Assembly: GCA_963829205.1 (NCBI GenBank)
Contig: CAWHHT010000005.1
Location: 8,082-72,081, forward strand
DNA length: 64,000 nucleotides
Source of the DNA: an uncultured Thermoleophilia bacterium
GTDB lineage: Bacteria; Actinomycetota; Thermoleophilia; UBA2241
Reading direction: 5' to 3'
The notes beneath the pieces were generated by a model. It did not search any database. It saw nothing but the letters and a program-made list of their open reading frames with translations, and was not told where the DNA came from. This document shows positions 1 through 9,569 of the stretch, one piece after another (the stretch's first letter is position 1; every line of letters starts with the position of its first letter). The translations under genes were made by a program, and so were the position numbers.

Positions 1-980
1 CGAAGCTCGGTCGGGCAGGGGTCGCGGCGCTCCTCGCCTCGCTGCACGACCCCTACACGGTGTACTTCTCGCCGCAGCAGGCCAAGCAGTTCGGCCAGGA
101 GCTGAGCGGCTCCTACACGGGGATCGGCGTCGCCGTCGCTCCCAAGGCCGGCCGCCTGACGGTCACCAAGGTGTTCCCGGGCTCGCCGGCGGCGCGGGCG
201 CGGGTGGTACCCGGCGAGGTGATCGTGAGCGTCAACGGGGTGACGACGGCCGGCAAGTCCGTCAACGCGAACGTGGCGCGCATCGCCGGCCCGGCCGGCA
301 GCACCGTGCGCCTGCGTCTGCGGCGGCCGGCGGCGCCGCGCTCGATGGACCTCACGCTCACGCGGCGCGCCATCTCCCTGCCGCTGACGACCTCGCGGCT
401 CATTCGCGATCACGCGACCAAGGTCGGCTACGTCGCGCTCAGCAGCTTCTCCACGGGGGCCGGCGCCCACGTCCGGCAGGCCATCGCCGGCCTGCAGCGC
501 CGCGGCGCGCAGTGGATCGTCTTCGACCTGCGCGACAACGGCGGCGGCCTCGTGAGCGAAGCGGCGAGCGTGGCCGGTGACTTCCTGCCGGCCGGCAAGG
601 TGGTCGTCACGATGCAGGGCTTGCATTCGGCCAAGGACGTCGTCACGACGAGCGGCGGCCCGCCCACGAGCCTGCCGGTCGTCGTTCTCGTCAACCGCAA
701 CACCGCCAGCGCCTCGGAGATCGTCACCGGCGCGCTCCAGGACTACCGGCGCGCCACCGTCATCGGCACCCGGACCTTCGGCAAGGGCGTCGTGCAGCAG
801 GTGATGCCGCTGCCCGGCGGCGCGGAACTCAAGATCACGGTCGCGTCATACCGCACGCCGCTCGGGCGGGACATCAACCACAAGGGCCTCACGCCGTCCA
901 TCCTCGTGCCTCGCCCCGCCGGCTCAGGCAGCGACCCGGCCCTCACACGCGCGCTGCGCTACATCGTGACGGGTCACTAG
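1..980 (+). CDS. S41 family C-terminal processing peptidase with PDZ domain (5' end outside window)
   Basis: The frame is open from nt 3 (LLASLHDPYTVYFSPQQ...). It has a PDZ-like segment (GIGVAV...VFPGSPAA) and S41 motifs (DLRDNGGG, NRNTASASEI, GTRTFGKGVVQ). Confidence 0.8.
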   Translation, partial: KLGRAGVAALLASLHDPYTVYFSPQQAKQFGQELSGSYTGIGVAVAPKAGRLTVTKVFPGSPAARARVVPGEVIVSVNGVTTAGKSVNANVARIAGPAGSTVRLRLRRPAAPRSMDLTLTRRAISLPLTTSRLIRDHATKVGYVALSSFSTGAGAHVRQAIAGLQRRGAQWIVFDLRDNGGGLVSEAASVAGDFLPAGKVVVTMQGLHSAKDVVTTSGGPPTSLPVVVLVNRNTASASEIVTGALQDYRRATVIGTRTFGKGVVQQVMPLPGGAELKITVASYRTPLGRDINHKGLTPSILVPRPAGSGSDPALTRALRYIVTGH

Positions 981-1086
981 GCGAACGGCCGCGGGGCATC
1001 GTCCGCCGGCGTCGGACGCCGGCGTCCGGCCTCCGTGTGAGTCGCGGAGTCGCCCGATCTGCGAACGGCGTCCAATAAGGGGGATG

Positions 1087-1119
1087 GGCCGCGACGACTG
1101 TTGTGCAGTCGTCGCGGCC
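1087..1119 (+). terminator. Perfect 14-bp stem hairpin (GGCCGCGACGACTG-TTGTG-CAGTCGTCGCGGCC) downstream of the peptidase gene
   Basis: Inverted repeat read directly from the sequence. There is no clear U-tract. Confidence 0.4.
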
Positions 1120-1492
1120 CACATGGGGCCGGCGGCTCCCGAGCCTCGGAGGGGGATGGCTCGGGCAGGTGGGACGCGGACTCGGTGGGGGCGCACCGTA
1201 CATCAGTCGCATCCCGACGGCTGGGGGAGCCGTCGTTGCCGTCGTATGGCTTGACGGTAGTGTGCGGCGCGGATGTGAAGCCGGTGTTGCGTAGGCGTTG
1301 AGGAAGGTTGCGCCGAGAGCGGGCTCAGACTCGAACACGCGCCCCCCGACGAATCTCTCAGTCTCCTCTCAGCTACGTTCTGCGCCGCGCGGGGGATTGT
1401 CCAGGGAGCACACCGTGCTTGCAGCGAACCCTTCCAGGCGGGCGCCGCGCCGAAACGGGCGCTCGTCCGGCTACCGAGAGTCGAGAGGTACC

Positions 1493-2798
1493 ATGAACGA
1501 CTTCGAGCTCCCATCTTCGCACGCCGACCGTGAAGGCGACGCCGGCGGCGTCGTCACCGGCGGCGTCGACATCGGCCCAGGTGATCCCCGCGGCGTTGAT
1601 ACCGGTCGCGGCGATCCCGGCGGCGGCCGCCCGCGGCCGCGCCGCCGGAGACGTTTCGCGCGGACGCTCGCCGGCGCCCTACTGGCGGCTGCTCTGGCGG
1701 CCACGCTCGTCGCGATCTTCGTCGTCCACGTCGGCAGCTCGTCCACGCCCGGCGTCGCCGGGCTCACCGGGCTCCAGGACTTCCTTCAGCGTGGTCCAAG
1801 CGACCCAGCCGGCGCCACCGGCGAGCACCTCCGCCATCACCGCGCGGGTCGACCCCGGCCTCGTCAACATCAGCGTCGCCAACGGCTCCACAGGTGCGGC
1901 GGGGGAGGCGACGGGGATGGTGCTGACGCCCTCCGGAGTGGTGCTCACCAACAACCACGTCATCCAGGGAGCGACGCAGATCCGCGCCACCGACGTCGGC
2001 AACGGCAAGACCTATGACGCCACCGTCGTCGGGTACGACCGCGGCGGCGACGTGGCGGTGATCCAGCTTCAGGGGGCGAGCGGCCTGCGGACCGTCGCCC
2101 TCGGCGATTCTTCCACGGTGGCCATCGCCAACAAGGTCATCGCGCTGGGCAACGCCGGCGGCGGAGGCGGCACGCCTCGCGTGGCGCAGGGAGCAGTCAC
2201 GGCGCTCCAGCAGACGATCACGGCGAGCGACCTCGGCGGCGGCAACGCCGAGCGGCTCGACGGCCTGATCCAGACGGACGCCGCGGTGCTGCCCGGGGAT
2301 TCGGGCGGGCCGCTGGTCAACGACGGCGGGCAGGTGGTCGGGATGGACGCCGCCGCCTCCTCGGCCAACACGCCCTTCATCGCCCAGACGTCCACTCCGC
2401 AGTCGTTCGCCATCCCCATCGACTCAGCGCTCGCGATCGCGAAGCAGATCGAGGCGGGGACGAGCTCGGCCACGGTGCACGTCGGGCCGACCGGCTTCCT
2501 CGGCGTCGAGGTCGTGCCTTCCTCGCAGTTCGGTGGCGGACCCGCGAGCGGGGCCGGGACGCAGGCCCAGGGTGCCGTCGTCGGCGGCACGCTCCCCGGC
2601 TACCCTGCCGCGCGCATCGGTCTCGCGCAGGGCGACGTCATCACCGCGGTCGACGGGCAGACTGTGGCCTCGGCAACGGCGCTCACCGACCTGCTCTCCG
2701 CACATCACCCGGGGGACTCGGTCCAGCTCCAGTGGACCGACACGTCGGGGCAGACGCACGCCGCGACCGTCAAGCTCGCCAGCGGTCCCGCCGCATGA
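1493..2798 (+). CDS. HtrA/DegP-like trypsin-fold serine protease with C-terminal PDZ; reading frame broken once near 1750-1830
   Basis: The N-terminal part (ATG 1493, membrane anchor LAGALLAAALAATLVAIFVV) lies in the frame of ORF 1298..2017. The catalytic part (TNNHVI, GDSGGPL, PDZ GDVITAVDG) lies in the frame of ORF 1530..2798. Confidence 0.75.
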
Positions 2799-2916
2799 CG
2801 GCCTTGGCGGAGAGGCAACGCCGGCTGAGTTCCACGGCGCCGCGATAGGGCACATTCTCTCCGTATCGAGAACGGTGCGAGCCCGAAACCGGCGCGCACC
2901 GAGCAAGGAGGACACG

Positions 2917-3231
2917 ATGTTCGCACGGGTCATGTCGGGTGACGTGACGCCCGACAAGGTGGAGACCTTCGTCGGCATGATTCGCGACCAGGTGATCCCG
3001 AGAGCGAAGGGCCTCGACGGCTTCAAGGGTGGCTACTGGCTCGCCGACCGCAGCTCCGGCAAGGTACTAGGTGTGACGTTGTACGAGAGCGAGGAGACGC
3101 TGAAAGCGAGCGCCGAGCAGGCCGACAAGATCCGGGAGGAAGCGAGTCGCGGTGCCGGGCTGCCGATCCCGTCGTTCCAGGAGTTCGAGGTCGTAGCGAG
3201 CGCGGAAATAGCCGACCGGCTCGCCGCATAG
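2917..3231 (+). CDS. Small ABM/Dabb-fold (antibiotic biosynthesis monooxygenase-like) protein
   Basis: AAGGAGGA RBS lies 6 nt before ATG 2917. The roughly 104-aa alpha+beta protein reads MFARVMSGDVTPDKVETFVG...YESEETLKAS. The upstream part of the long ORF 2533..3231 is R/P-rich noise. Confidence 0.55.
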   Translation: MFARVMSGDVTPDKVETFVGMIRDQVIPRAKGLDGFKGGYWLADRSSGKVLGVTLYESEETLKASAEQADKIREEASRGAGLPIPSFQEFEVVASAEIADRLAA

Positions 3232-3267
3232 ACGCCGCCCTGCGCGCTCCGGCGAGCGTTCACGAGG

Positions 3268-3310
3268 AGGGACGGAGCGGTGGCTGCCGACATGGCGCCG
3301 CTCCGTCCCT
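3268..3310 (+). terminator. 13-bp stem hairpin (AGGGACGGAGCGG...CCGCTCCGTCCCT) after the ABM-like gene
   Basis: Inverted repeat read directly. It is extended by flanking TCACGA/TCGTGA. Confidence 0.45.
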
Positions 3311-3365
3311 TCGTGAGCGCTCACACCATGCCGCAGGCGGAGGCGCCTGAACAAGGAGGCACACG

Positions 3366-3779
3366 ATGACAAACGAAGCTGCAGCGGAACCGGTGCCCGA
3401 GATGAGGCTCGAGCTGGTGCCGGTGCCCGTCTCCGACGTCGACCGAGCCAAGGCGTTCTACCTGAAGGCCGGGTTCGGCAACCTGCACGACACGCAGGTG
3501 ACCGACGCCATGCGGGTGGTCCAGTTCACGCCGCCCGGTTCCTCGTGCGCGATCGTCTTCGGCACGGGCATGGGCCCGCTCACCGACATGCAGCCCGGCT
3601 CGGTCAAGGGGCTGCACCTGGTCGTGAAGGACATCGCCGAGGCTCGCGGAGCGCTCGTCAGGCGAGGCGTGGACGTCGAAGAGGTCACGGACATCGGGGG
3701 CGTCAAATACGCGTGGTTCAGCGACCCCGACGGGAACCTGTGGGCGCTGCAGGAGTGGCCGGCCAGCTACGAAGGGTAG
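3366..3779 (+). CDS. VOC/glyoxalase-bleomycin resistance family protein
   Basis: 137 aa. MRLELVPVPVSDVDRAKAFY...DPDGNLW is typical of the VOC fold. An AAGGAGG RBS lies upstream. Confidence 0.75.
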   Translation: MTNEAAAEPVPEMRLELVPVPVSDVDRAKAFYLKAGFGNLHDTQVTDAMRVVQFTPPGSSCAIVFGTGMGPLTDMQPGSVKGLHLVVKDIAEARGALVRRGVDVEEVTDIGGVKYAWFSDPDGNLWALQEWPASYEG

Positions 3780-3815
3780 CGGGGCGCGGCCAGCCGCGCG
3801 CCGTCCGCATCGCGC

Positions 3816-4364
3816 CTACGAGCGCTCTGCCGGCACGTACTCGAGGATCACGATGCCGGAGTCGAAGACCTCGTGGTGCGTCAGCGTGAGGTCGGTCTGG
3901 CCGGCGTCGTCCGCAAAGAGGCGGGCGCCCTTGCCGAGCACGATCGGGTGCACCATGAAGCGGAACAGGTCGATGCGGTCAGCGCGCCTGAGGGCGTTGA
4001 ACAGCTGTGCGCTGCCGGAGAGCAGCAAGTCCTGGCCGGGCTGTGCTCTCAACGTGTCGATCTCGGCCTCGAGCTCGCCTGAGAGGACGATGGAGCCCGT
4101 CCACGCCGCGTCTTCGAGCGTCGACGAGACGACGTACTTGGGCATGCTGTTCATCTTCACGCCGAACTCGCCGGTGCCTTCCATGGTCGGCCAGGCGGCG
4201 GCGAAACCCTCGTAGGTCCGCCGCCCGAGCAGCAGCGCGTCAGTCGCCTCCAGCTCCTGCGCCTTGAAGCGCGCGGCCTGCTCGGTGAAGAAGGGGAACG
4301 ACCAGGTGCCCGGCTCTTCGAAGACGCCGTCAAGCGAAAGGTACTCGGTGGCTACGAGTCTCAT
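3816..4364 (-). CDS. Dihydrofolate reductase-like (RibD C-terminal domain) family protein
   Basis: MRLVATEYLSLDGVFEEPG...LLLGRRTYE...DLLLSGSAQL...DRIDLFRFMVHPIVLGKG. A GGAGG RBS precedes ATG at 4364. The ORF-track start at 4457 is unlikely. Confidence 0.7.
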   Translation of the reverse strand: MRLVATEYLSLDGVFEEPGTWSFPFFTEQAARFKAQELEATDALLLGRRTYEGFAAAWPTMEGTGEFGVKMNSMPKYVVSSTLEDAAWTGSIVLSGELEAEIDTLRAQPGQDLLLSGSAQLFNALRRADRIDLFRFMVHPIVLGKGARLFADDAGQTDLTLTHHEVFDSGIVILEYVPAERS

Positions 4365-4550
4365 GTCAGTGCCTCCGTCCTCGTCTCGTGCTCGGGTGAC
4401 GCAGCCGCCTGCCGGCGCGGGCGGACCTTGTGGAGTCCGCATACCCGTGGTCGCCACGGCCGACGCCTTCGCGCGCTCATCGCTCTGGCGTTACGCCGCG
4501 CCGTGCGCCGGGGAATCCATTCTGTGCGGCCATCGCGGTCGCAGAGCGTC

Positions 4551-4580
4551 CAACAGGAAGTGAACCAACAGGAAGTGAAC
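4551..4580 (+). repeat. Perfect 15-bp tandem direct repeat (CAACAGGAAGTGAAC x2) ending 4 nt before the ku start codon
   Basis: Read directly: caacaggaagtgaac caacaggaagtgaac gatc ATG. Confidence 0.9.
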
Positions 4581-4584
4581 GATC

Positions 4585-5409
4585 ATGGCGCGGCCACTCT
4601 GGAAGGGAAGCATCAGCTTCGGGCTCGTCACCATCCCCGTGCACGTCTACTCGGCGACTCGGGCGCGCGCCTTGCGCTTTCGTCAGCTCGATCGCCACGA
4701 CAGGTCCCCGATACGCGAACAACGCATCAACGAGAACACGGGCAAGGAGGTGCTCTGGGAAGACATCGTCAAGGGCTATGAGTACGAGAAGGACTCGTTC
4801 GTGATCCTCGAGCCCGAGGATTTCGAGCGCGCCAACGTGAAGGCGACCGAGACCATCGAGATCATGCAGGCCGTTCCCCGGGACGCGCTGGCGCCCGAGT
4901 ACCTCGAGACGCCGCACTTCATCGTGCCGACCAAGGCGGGCGTGAAGGCCTACCATCTCCTGCGCGAGACGCTGCGGCGCACCGACCGGCTGGCGATCGC
5001 GACCATCGTGATGCGCGGCCGCCAGCATCTGGCGGCGCTGATCCCGCACGAGGACGTGATGATGCTCGAGCTGCTGCGCTTCGCGTACGAGCTCAAGTCG
5101 GTCTCCGACCTGGACCTCGACCACGACATCTCGGCGCCCGACCCGAGGCCTCAGGAAGTCGAGATGGCGGAGCAGCTCGTCGCGGCGCTCGACGCGCCTT
5201 GGGACCCGAAGCAGTATCGCGACGACTACCGCGACGACCTGCTGGCGTTCATCGAGCGCAAGGCCAAGAGCGGCGACAAGCCTGTGCGCAGCGCGGGGCG
5301 CAAGGAGCGCGGCGAGACTGCCGAGGTCGTGGACATCATGGAGCTGCTCAAGCAGAGCGTGGGCGAGGCGCGCAAGCCCAGCCGCTCGCGCCAGCGCCGC
5401 GCGAGCTGA
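4585..5409 (+). CDS. ku: Non-homologous end joining protein Ku
   Basis: MARPLWKGSISFGLVTIPVHVYSAT is the canonical bacterial Ku N-terminus. It has a basic C-terminal tail and lies adjacent to ligD. Confidence 0.9.
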   Translation: MARPLWKGSISFGLVTIPVHVYSATRARALRFRQLDRHDRSPIREQRINENTGKEVLWEDIVKGYEYEKDSFVILEPEDFERANVKATETIEIMQAVPRDALAPEYLETPHFIVPTKAGVKAYHLLRETLRRTDRLAIATIVMRGRQHLAALIPHEDVMMLELLRFAYELKSVSDLDLDHDISAPDPRPQEVEMAEQLVAALDAPWDPKQYRDDYRDDLLAFIERKAKSGDKPVRSAGRKERGETAEVVDIMELLKQSVGEARKPSRSRQRRAS

Positions 5410-5424
5410 CGAGCCGGCTCAGCG

Positions 5425-8094
5425 ATGAGCAAGCTCAAGACATACCGCGAGAAGCGCGACTTCGAGAAGACCGCCGAGCCTGAGGGCGGTACGCCGGCGC
5501 CGCGGCGCGCGCGCAAGAGCGAAACGGGCGGCGTGTTCGTCATCCACAAGCACGCCGCCCGCCAGCTGCACTACGACCTGCGCCTGCAGATGGACGGCGT
5601 CCTCAAGAGCTGGGCCGTGCCGAAGGGGCCCAGCATGGACCCCGCCGTGCGCCGCCTGGCTGTCCACGTCGAGGATCACCCACTCGAGTACGGGACCTTC
5701 GAGGGCGTGATCCCCAAGGGCGAGTACGGCGGCGGCACGGTGATGCTCTGGGACGCCGGGCGCTGGGAGCCCATCGGCGACGCCGCCGGAGGCTATCGAC
5801 GCGGCGAGCTCAAGTTCCGTCTCGATGGCCGCCGGCTGCGTGGCGCCTGGGTGCTCGTCCGCCTGAAGGCGAGACCGGAGGACGGCGAGGGCGCCGGCGA
5901 GGCCAAGGACTGGCTGCTGATCAAGGAAAAGGACGAGGAGGCGGAGCCCGGCGTCGCCGATCCGTGGGGCGACGACGACCGCAGCGTGACCAGCCGGCGG
6001 ACCATGGCTGAGATCGCCGGGGAGGCGAAGGCGACGTGGCGGCCGTCCGAGGCCGGCCGGCCGAGCGCCTCGCACAGCCTGTCGGCTGCTGCGGGCCGCC
6101 AAACGCCGGCGGACCGGCGCCGAGCAAGCGGCGACGCGGCGCCGGCGGCTGCGGCTCGCCGGCGAAAGGGCAGTGGCCGCGCCGCGCCACCGCCCAAGAC
6201 AGTGGCACTCACGCTGGCGACGCTCGTCGATGAGCCACCGGAGGGCGACGAGTGGCTGCACGAGATCAAGTTCGACGGCTATCGCATCCTGGCGCGAGTG
6301 GCGGGCGAGGACGTGACGCTCCTGACGCGCAACGGGCTCGACTGGACGGCGCGCTTCCCGACGCTCGCCGCGGAGCTCGCGAAGCTCGGCGTGGGCGGCG
6401 CGCTGCTGGACGGCGAAGTCGTGGCGTTCGGCCCCGACGGCGTGAGCGACTTCGGGGCTCTGCAGAAGGCCCTGAGCGAGTCCGACGACGCCAGACTGAA
6501 CTACATGGTCTTCGATCTGCTCTACGCGGATGGCGTCGACACGCGGCAGCTGCCGCTGGCCGAGCGCAAGGCGCGCCTCGACGACCTCCTCGGCGCTGGG
6601 CGCGCCGGCGGCTCCCGGCTGATCCGCGTCAGCGAGCACGTCGCCGGCCATGGCGCGGCCTTCCACGCCGAGGCCTGCCGTCTCGGGCTCGAGGGAGTGG
6701 TGTCCAAGCGCGCCGACAGCACCTACGCCGGGCGGCGCTCGCGCTCCTGGCTCAAGAGCAAGTGTGGCCGCCGACAGGAGTTCGTCGTCGGCGGCTACAC
6801 GGACCCCTCAGGCAGCAGGCCCGGCTTCGGCGCCCTGCTCCTCGGCGTGCACGACGACTCCGAGGGGCTGCGCTACGCGGGCAAGGTCGGCTCCGGTTTC
6901 GGCGACGACGTCCTCGAGCGCCTCGCGACGCGATTCCGCGCCCTGGCGCGCACGTCCTCGCCGTTCGCCGGCCCCGTCAAGGAACGCGCGGCGCACTGGG
7001 TCACGCCCAGGCTGGTCGTCGAGGTCGCGTTCTCCGGCTGGACCGCGGACGGTCGCCTGCGCCAGCCGGTGTTCAAGGGCGTGCGCGATGACAAGGCGCC
7101 GGGCAGCGTGCGCCGCGAGACCGCGGCTTCAAAGGCCGCGCCCGGCGTGCAGGCCGAGGCGTCTCGCCCCGCCGCCAAGGTGCCGTCCGGCCGGGACGGG
7201 CCGCGAAAGCCCGGCTCGCGGGTCTCCGTCGAGGGCGTCACGGTCTCCCACCCCGACCGGATCGTCTATCCCGATGTCGGGATGACCAAGCTCGAGGTGG
7301 TGACGTACTACGAGGCCGTCGCCGAACGCATGGTGCCGGAGCTGGCCGGCCGGCCCCTCACCGTCGTGCGCTGCCCCGAGGGCGCCGGTCAGGCGTGCTT
7401 CTTCCAGAAGCACGCCACGGAGTCGATCCCCGACCTCGTCCCCCGGGTGACCGTCCAAGAGGGGCGCGGCACCATGACCTACCCGGTCGTGGCGAGCGCC
7501 GTTGCGCTCATCACCATGGTCCAGCTCGGCGCTCTCGAGTTCCACATCTGGGGGTCTCGCGAAGCTCACCTCGAGACCCCGGACAGGATCGTCTTCGACC
7601 TCGATCCGGCTCCCGACGTGAGATGGGCGGACGTGCGCGCAGGCGCCCTGCGGCTGCGCGATGATCTGGCGGAGCGCGGGCTCCAGAGCCTGCTGATGAC
7701 GTCGGGCGGCAAGGGCCTGCACGTCGTCGTCCCCCTGCGGCCGGAGGCCGGCTGGGACGCCGTCAAGCAGTTCTCCCGGGACGTCGTCGAAGACCTCGTT
7801 GCGCGCTTCCCTGAGAAGTACGTGGCGACCATGTCGAAGGCCAAGCGCCCCGGCAAGGTGTTCATCGACCACTTCCGCAACGGCCGCGGCGCGACGGCCA
7901 TCGCCCCGTACTCCCTGCGGCGGCGGGACGGCGCGCCGGTTGCGACACCGCTGGACTGGGACGAACTCGGCAGGACCGCCGGCGGCGCCGTGTGGACGGC
8001 GCCGCGCGTCCTGCGCCGCCTGCGCTCCCGGCCGGACCCATGGGCAGGCACGGACCGGCTCAGCCGCCAGCGCCTCCCGGCCGCCTATCGCTGA
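5425..8094 (+). CDS. ligD: Multidomain ATP-dependent DNA ligase LigD (phosphoesterase - ligase - polymerase/primase order)
   Basis: Phosphoesterase domain: FVIHKHAARQLHYDLRL, WAVPKGPS. Ligase adenylation motif: EIKFDGYR. Pol domain: LTVVRCPEG...FDLDP...LMTSGGKGLHVVVPL. Confidence 0.9.
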   Translation: MSKLKTYREKRDFEKTAEPEGGTPAPRRARKSETGGVFVIHKHAARQLHYDLRLQMDGVLKSWAVPKGPSMDPAVRRLAVHVEDHPLEYGTFEGVIPKGEYGGGTVMLWDAGRWEPIGDAAGGYRRGELKFRLDGRRLRGAWVLVRLKARPEDGEGAGEAKDWLLIKEKDEEAEPGVADPWGDDDRSVTSRRTMAEIAGEAKATWRPSEAGRPSASHSLSAAAGRQTPADRRRASGDAAPAAAARRRKGSGRAAPPPKTVALTLATLVDEPPEGDEWLHEIKFDGYRILARVAGEDVTLLTRNGLDWTARFPTLAAELAKLGVGGALLDGEVVAFGPDGVSDFGALQKALSESDDARLNYMVFDLLYADGVDTRQLPLAERKARLDDLLGAGRAGGSRLIRVSEHVAGHGAAFHAEACRLGLEGVVSKRADSTYAGRRSRSWLKSKCGRRQEFVVGGYTDPSGSRPGFGALLLGVHDDSEGLRYAGKVGSGFGDDVLERLATRFRALARTSSPFAGPVKERAAHWVTPRLVVEVAFSGWTADGRLRQPVFKGVRDDKAPGSVRRETAASKAAPGVQAEASRPAAKVPSGRDGPRKPGSRVSVEGVTVSHPDRIVYPDVGMTKLEVVTYYEAVAERMVPELAGRPLTVVRCPEGAGQACFFQKHATESIPDLVPRVTVQEGRGTMTYPVVASAVALITMVQLGALEFHIWGSREAHLETPDRIVFDLDPAPDVRWADVRAGALRLRDDLAERGLQSLLMTSGGKGLHVVVPLRPEAGWDAVKQFSRDVVEDLVARFPEKYVATMSKAKRPGKVFIDHFRNGRGATAIAPYSLRRRDGAPVATPLDWDELGRTAGGAVWTAPRVLRRLRSRPDPWAGTDRLSRQRLPAAYR

Positions 8095-8104
8095 GCGCCG
8101 CCTG

Positions 8105-8776
8105 TCAGCCCCGCGCGATGTTGACCGCCCTCGCGACGATCACCGCCAGGGTCGCGAACGAGAGCAGGTGCTCGATCGCCATCGCGAGCTTGGCGCGCCG
8201 CGAATACGGCATCGCGTCCGTCGGCGAAAAGGCGATGGAGCTCGTGAGCGACAGGTACAGGTAGTCGGAGAAGCTCGGCTTCCAGGTGGCCTCGGCGAGC
8301 CCTTGCTGGTCGGCCTGCTGCTGCGGGAAGACGAAGTCGGGGTAGCCGTCGACGTAGCCGTCGGCGCGCGCCTCCGGCCCCCCGCCGTCCATCTCCCAAT
8401 ACAGCAGCGCGAACACAGCCACGTTGACCGCCCACAGGGCGAGGCCCGCGAAAAGGAGTGCCGGCGGTCTGAGCTGTGAGCCGAGGAAGACGCCACGCAC
8501 GAGCAAGATCAGGCTCACGGCGTTGGCGATCACCAGGACGGCGTTGAAGGTAAAGGTGAGGGCCCGCGCGGCGCGTCCCGGCTCGCTCTGGCTCTCGTAC
8601 ACGGCGATGGACGCCAGCAGCAGCACCGCGGAGATGGCCGGCAGCAGCCAGAACGGGTCGAGGCGCAGACTGTGGGCCACCCACGCCTGACCGCCGATGA
8701 CGACGACTGCAGCGGCGAAGACCGCCCGCCGAGACTCAGGGGCGGTCTTGACCTTCCACTGGGGCTCCGCGGTCAT
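8105..8776 (-). CDS. DUF1345-like integral membrane protein
   Basis: Start MTAEPQWKV at 8776 overlaps the upstream SDR stop (ATGA). It has several TM helices and an SDYLYLSLTSSIAFSPTD motif. Confidence 0.6.
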   Translation of the reverse strand: MTAEPQWKVKTAPESRRAVFAAAVVVIGGQAWVAHSLRLDPFWLLPAISAVLLLASIAVYESQSEPGRAARALTFTFNAVLVIANAVSLILLVRGVFLGSQLRPPALLFAGLALWAVNVAVFALLYWEMDGGGPEARADGYVDGYPDFVFPQQQADQQGLAEATWKPSFSDYLYLSLTSSIAFSPTDAMPYSRRAKLAMAIEHLLSFATLAVIVARAVNIARG

Positions 8777-9504
8777 GTCTCCGGGCCCCCCGGACCGCCG
8801 GGGCCGCTGATCACGCTGCCGGCGGTCTCGCCGCCGTCCATGACGATCACCGAGCCGGTGAAATAGGTCGCCTCGTCGGAGGCGAGGTAGGCGAAGAGGC
8901 CGGCGATCTCCTCGGGCGCCGCATGGCGCCCGAGGGGGATCCGGCCGTTCACCTCGGCGAGCATCTCGGGCGAGTACTCGGCTTCCTGCATGGGCGTGAG
9001 GACGTAGCCGGGGCACACGGCGTTCACGCGCACGCGCGGCGCCCACTCGAGGGCGAGCGACCTCGTCAGGGCCACGAGCCCGGCCTTGGTGGCGTTGTAG
9101 TCGGCGTAGTAGCGGTAGCCGACGAGGGCGTTGGTCGAGGCCGTGTTGAGGATCACGCCGCCCCGCGCCTTGAGCATCAGGCGGCCCGCGGCCTGGGCGG
9201 CCCAGAAGGCGCCGCTGAGGTTGGTGGCGACGACGTCGTCCCACTGCTCGGCCGGGATGTCGAGGGCGGGGTTCCGCACGCTCACCCCGGCGTTGTTGAC
9301 GAGCACGTCGAGGTCTCCGACAAGCTCGAACGCCTGCTGCACCTGATCGCGGTCGCTCACGTCACAGGCGATGCCGCCGGGCCCCGGGCGCCGGGCCAGC
9401 ACGATGACCTCGGCGCCTTCGTCGCGGAAACGCTGTGCGGTCGCGGCGCCGATGCCGCTGGAGCCGCCGGTGACCACGACCCTCTTGCCGGCCAGACCTC
9501 TCAT
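8773..9504 (-). CDS. SDR family short-chain dehydrogenase/reductase
   Basis: MRGLAGKRVVVTGGSSGIGAA (TGxxxGxG), NNAG, and the YxxxK region YADYNATKAG. A GGGAGGG RBS precedes ATG 9504. Confidence 0.85.
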   Translation of the reverse strand: MRGLAGKRVVVTGGSSGIGAATAQRFRDEGAEVIVLARRPGPGGIACDVSDRDQVQQAFELVGDLDVLVNNAGVSVRNPALDIPAEQWDDVVATNLSGAFWAAQAAGRLMLKARGGVILNTASTNALVGYRYYADYNATKAGLVALTRSLALEWAPRVRVNAVCPGYVLTPMQEAEYSPEMLAEVNGRIPLGRHAAPEEIAGLFAYLASDEATYFTGSVIVMDGGETAGSVISGPGGPGGPET

Positions 9505-9569
9505 GCCGAGCCCTCCCTCGTCGCCGCGTCCGCGCGTCAGCGCCCCGCCGGGCACGATAGTATCGCACC

